Shown here: piece after piece, positions 43,321 through 44,971 of the stretch
Layout of the letters: every line of letters starts with the position of its first letter
Position numbering within the stretch: the first letter of the stretch is position 1
DNA from: a virus
Taxonomy: Duplodnaviria > Caudoviricetes
Virus record (IMG/VR): IMGVR_UViG_3300018067_000117
Coordinates: 1-44,971 of that record
Length of the DNA stretch: 44,971 nt
Reading direction: 5' to 3' (one strand)
Translations under genes and position numbers: made by a program
Notes under the pieces: model-generated
Database searches by the model: none
Seen by the model: only the letters and a program-made list of their open reading frames with translations
What the model was told of the DNA's origin: nothing

Positions 43321-43561
43321 CGGGCTTCTTCTCGATCTTCAACTTCTTTGCTGCTTTTGCAGCCTCTTCGCGGGTCTTCGCCGCTGGCTTTTCCACCACA
43401 GCCTCCAACGGAGCCGGATTCTCTGAGGCTTTGGACCGGGACTCGGTCGTGGCGTCCACGTTGGTCTTGGTCACATCCGGATCGGGCTTGATCGCGTCCA
43501 CATCGACGTTGGTCGTGGTGACACTCACGTTCGACTTAGACGTTGGGGTCTTCTGATCCAT
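43313..43561 (-). CDS. Low-complexity hypothetical protein
   Basis: SD GAGGT; MDQKTPTSK...; coupled. Confidence 0.55.
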   Translation of the reverse strand: MDQKTPTSKSNVSVTTTNVDVDAIKPDPDVTKTNVDATTESRSKASENPAPLEAVVEKPAAKTREEAAKAAKKLKIEKKPDG

Positions 43562-44729
43562 CTTCCACCTCAACTTCTACAACCGTGCCCGGTGCTACGT
43601 CCTTGGGCGAGTAATCAGTTTCTTCAACCAGCACCATCTTGTCCTTGTAGGACTCGATCACCATCCCCTGCAGCACCCGCTTGAACTTCTCGTCCTTCAT
43701 GTACCGCTCTTGCATGGCGGTCAGCGTCGGAAACTCCGTCTTCTGAATGACATAGCCCTTGGGCGTCTTTGCCAGCAAATTCAGGGCCTGCAGATGCGAC
43801 TTCACCATGTTGAAGCTGTCGGTGTCCCCGATCTGCAAATCATCATGGGCATGCACACACAGGCTGAAGTCAAAGGCCGCTGCGCGGACGGGAATCTTCG
43901 CCTTCTTCACCGTGACCTTGGTGTCCTTGAACATCACCGTGTTGGTGGCTTTGTTGAGGACGTTCTTGGCGCTCAGACGCACTCGGAGACTGGACAGGAA
44001 CTTCTGGGCTTCGCCTCCGGGCATGGTTTCCGGATCCCCAAACATCACGCCGGGTTTGAACCGGGTCTGGTTGATCAGCAACACACAGGGATCATGGTCC
44101 CGCTTCTGCTCTTCACAGAAGGCGATCATCAGCTTGTTCACCATGCGCTTGATCAAGAGAGCAGACGATCCAATGTCGTATTGCTCGACGCTGTTGGCGA
44201 TTTCCTTCGACGCGATGAGTCCTGCCATTGAATCAACCACGACAATAGCGACATCCTCAGCGCGTACCAAAGCATCAACAAGGTCGATGGCTTCTTCACC
44301 ATAGCCCGCCTGCACGACATGCAGGGCCTTGGTGTCCACGCCCATCTTCTCGGCCCAGATGGGATCGAAGGACTGCTCCACGTTGACCCAGATGGCCTTG
44401 TTGCACGGGGGTGTTTGCCGTTGCGCGGCAGCGACAGCCTTGAGGCAGAGATTGGTCTTGTTGCTCGATTCTGGTCCATAGACGATGCTGTATCGCCCAC
44501 AGGGAAATCCTCCGCCGGAGTAGAAATCGAATTCGAAGATGCCCGTAGGCAAACGGCGGACCACAGGGATCTTGTTGCCCCGGACCACCACCTTATCGCC
44601 TTTGTCTTTGCGAATGCCTGCAAGGACGTCGTTCAACGTGCCGGATGGCGGCTTGCCCCTCACGTCTTTCTTCTTGACAGGCGAGTCGGGCACAGGCTGA
44701 CCCGTCGAAGGTTTCACCACAAGCGCCAC
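43536..44729 (-). CDS. recA: RecA/UvsX-like recombinase
   Basis: PTGI..FD...GGGFPCGR, YGPESSNKT, VVVDSMAGL, INQTR, ETMPGGEAQKF. Confidence 0.92.
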   Translation of the reverse strand: MALVVKPSTGQPVPDSPVKKKDVRGKPPSGTLNDVLAGIRKDKGDKVVVRGNKIPVVRRLPTGIFEFDFYSGGGFPCGRYSIVYGPESSNKTNLCLKAVAAAQRQTPPCNKAIWVNVEQSFDPIWAEKMGVDTKALHVVQAGYGEEAIDLVDALVRAEDVAIVVVDSMAGLIASKEIANSVEQYDIGSSALLIKRMVNKLMIAFCEEQKRDHDPCVLLINQTRFKPGVMFGDPETMPGGEAQKFLSSLRVRLSAKNVLNKATNTVMFKDTKVTVKKAKIPVRAAAFDFSLCVHAHDDLQIGDTDSFNMVKSHLQALNLLAKTPKGYVIQKTEFPTLTAMQERYMKDEKFKRVLQGMVIESYKDKMVLVEETDYSPKDVAPGTVVEVEVEDGSEDPNV

Positions 44730-44779
44730 ATGCACTCCTTGCGAACGGGTAGACTGACAGATACAGAAGGGCTTGTCAA

Positions 44780-44971
44780 CTACTCTTTGGCTTGGGCCAC
44801 GGCTTCGTTGATCTTGTTCGACACCCATTCCGTCGCGTAGGTGTAGGCTTCTTCCAGCGTATCTTTACTGCACGGCACCGTGATGGTCACGCCCACCCGT
44901 GCCGTCTCGTAGTTGCCGAGATTCATCACTCGGCCCCCTTCGACACGGATGGACATGCCATCGGAGAAGAC
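44780..44971 (-). CDS. Conserved phage protein (partial)
   Basis: GRVMNLGNYETARVGVTI...; runs off the right edge. Confidence 0.7.
   Translation of the reverse strand, partial: VFSDGMSIRVEGGRVMNLGNYETARVGVTITVPCSKDTLEEAYTYATEWVSNKINEAVAQAKE

Larger units (their letters stand above)
2478..44742. promoter_or_regulatory. Family of short hairpins with ANGGAG/AGGAG loops at or near RBSs (CsrA-site geometry), about 18 copies
   Basis: Starts at 2478, 15878, 16173, 16533, 18144, 20364, 23057, 23657, 24617, 24987, 27301, 27551, 27700, 27924(+), 34191, 39131, 39993, 44732. Confidence 0.7.

Noticed and set aside
1-44971. Genome-wide TAG recoding (code 15)
   Set aside because: Long Gln-rich genes have no internal TAG and several genes end normally at TAG; only one tiny ORF is interrupted.
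1-44971. CRISPR array or cas locus (prompted by the Cas4-like nuclease)
   Set aside because: No direct repeats with regular 30-40-nt spacers; the nuclease sits in a RecA/RuvC recombination block typical of phages.

Overview
A 45-kb segment of a large, GC-rich tailed dsDNA phage genome, with almost all genes on the - strand. I found no rRNA, intact tRNA, CRISPR array, integrase or transposase. Reading in transcription direction (right to left): recombination block (RecA, Holliday-resolvase-like nuclease, Cas4-like exonuclease, RuvC); cold-shock protein and two methyltransferases; beta-helix protein, Acb2/Tad1-like hairpin protein and terminase; a ~13-kb early/accessory region of small genes, many with their own near-consensus sigma70 promoter (HD hydrolase, stand-alone sigma region 4, HAD phosphatase, DNA ligase, RapZ-C); a virion block (GH5-like hydrolase, collagen fibre, duplicated adaptor genes); ADP-ribosyltransferase-rich proteins whose domains each start with a K-[FYW]-x3/4-PRD-x2-G-x-[WF] tag; a PPDK-like kinase with a replaced C-terminal domain; and a CsrA-like gene. 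Three layers of signal stand out. (1) About 18 small hairpins hold ANGGAG/AGGAG in their loops, the CsrA/RsmE site geometry, mostly at RBSs of promoter-proximal genes in a genome that encodes a CsrA-like protein. (2) Sixteen copies of the 14-bp imperfect palindrome TGCAATCAATTGCA occur roughly every 2-3 kb, in both coding and intergenic DNA. (3) Promoter-hairpin cassettes delimit single-gene modules. All family assignments come from motif recognition by eye and need HMM or structure confirmation.
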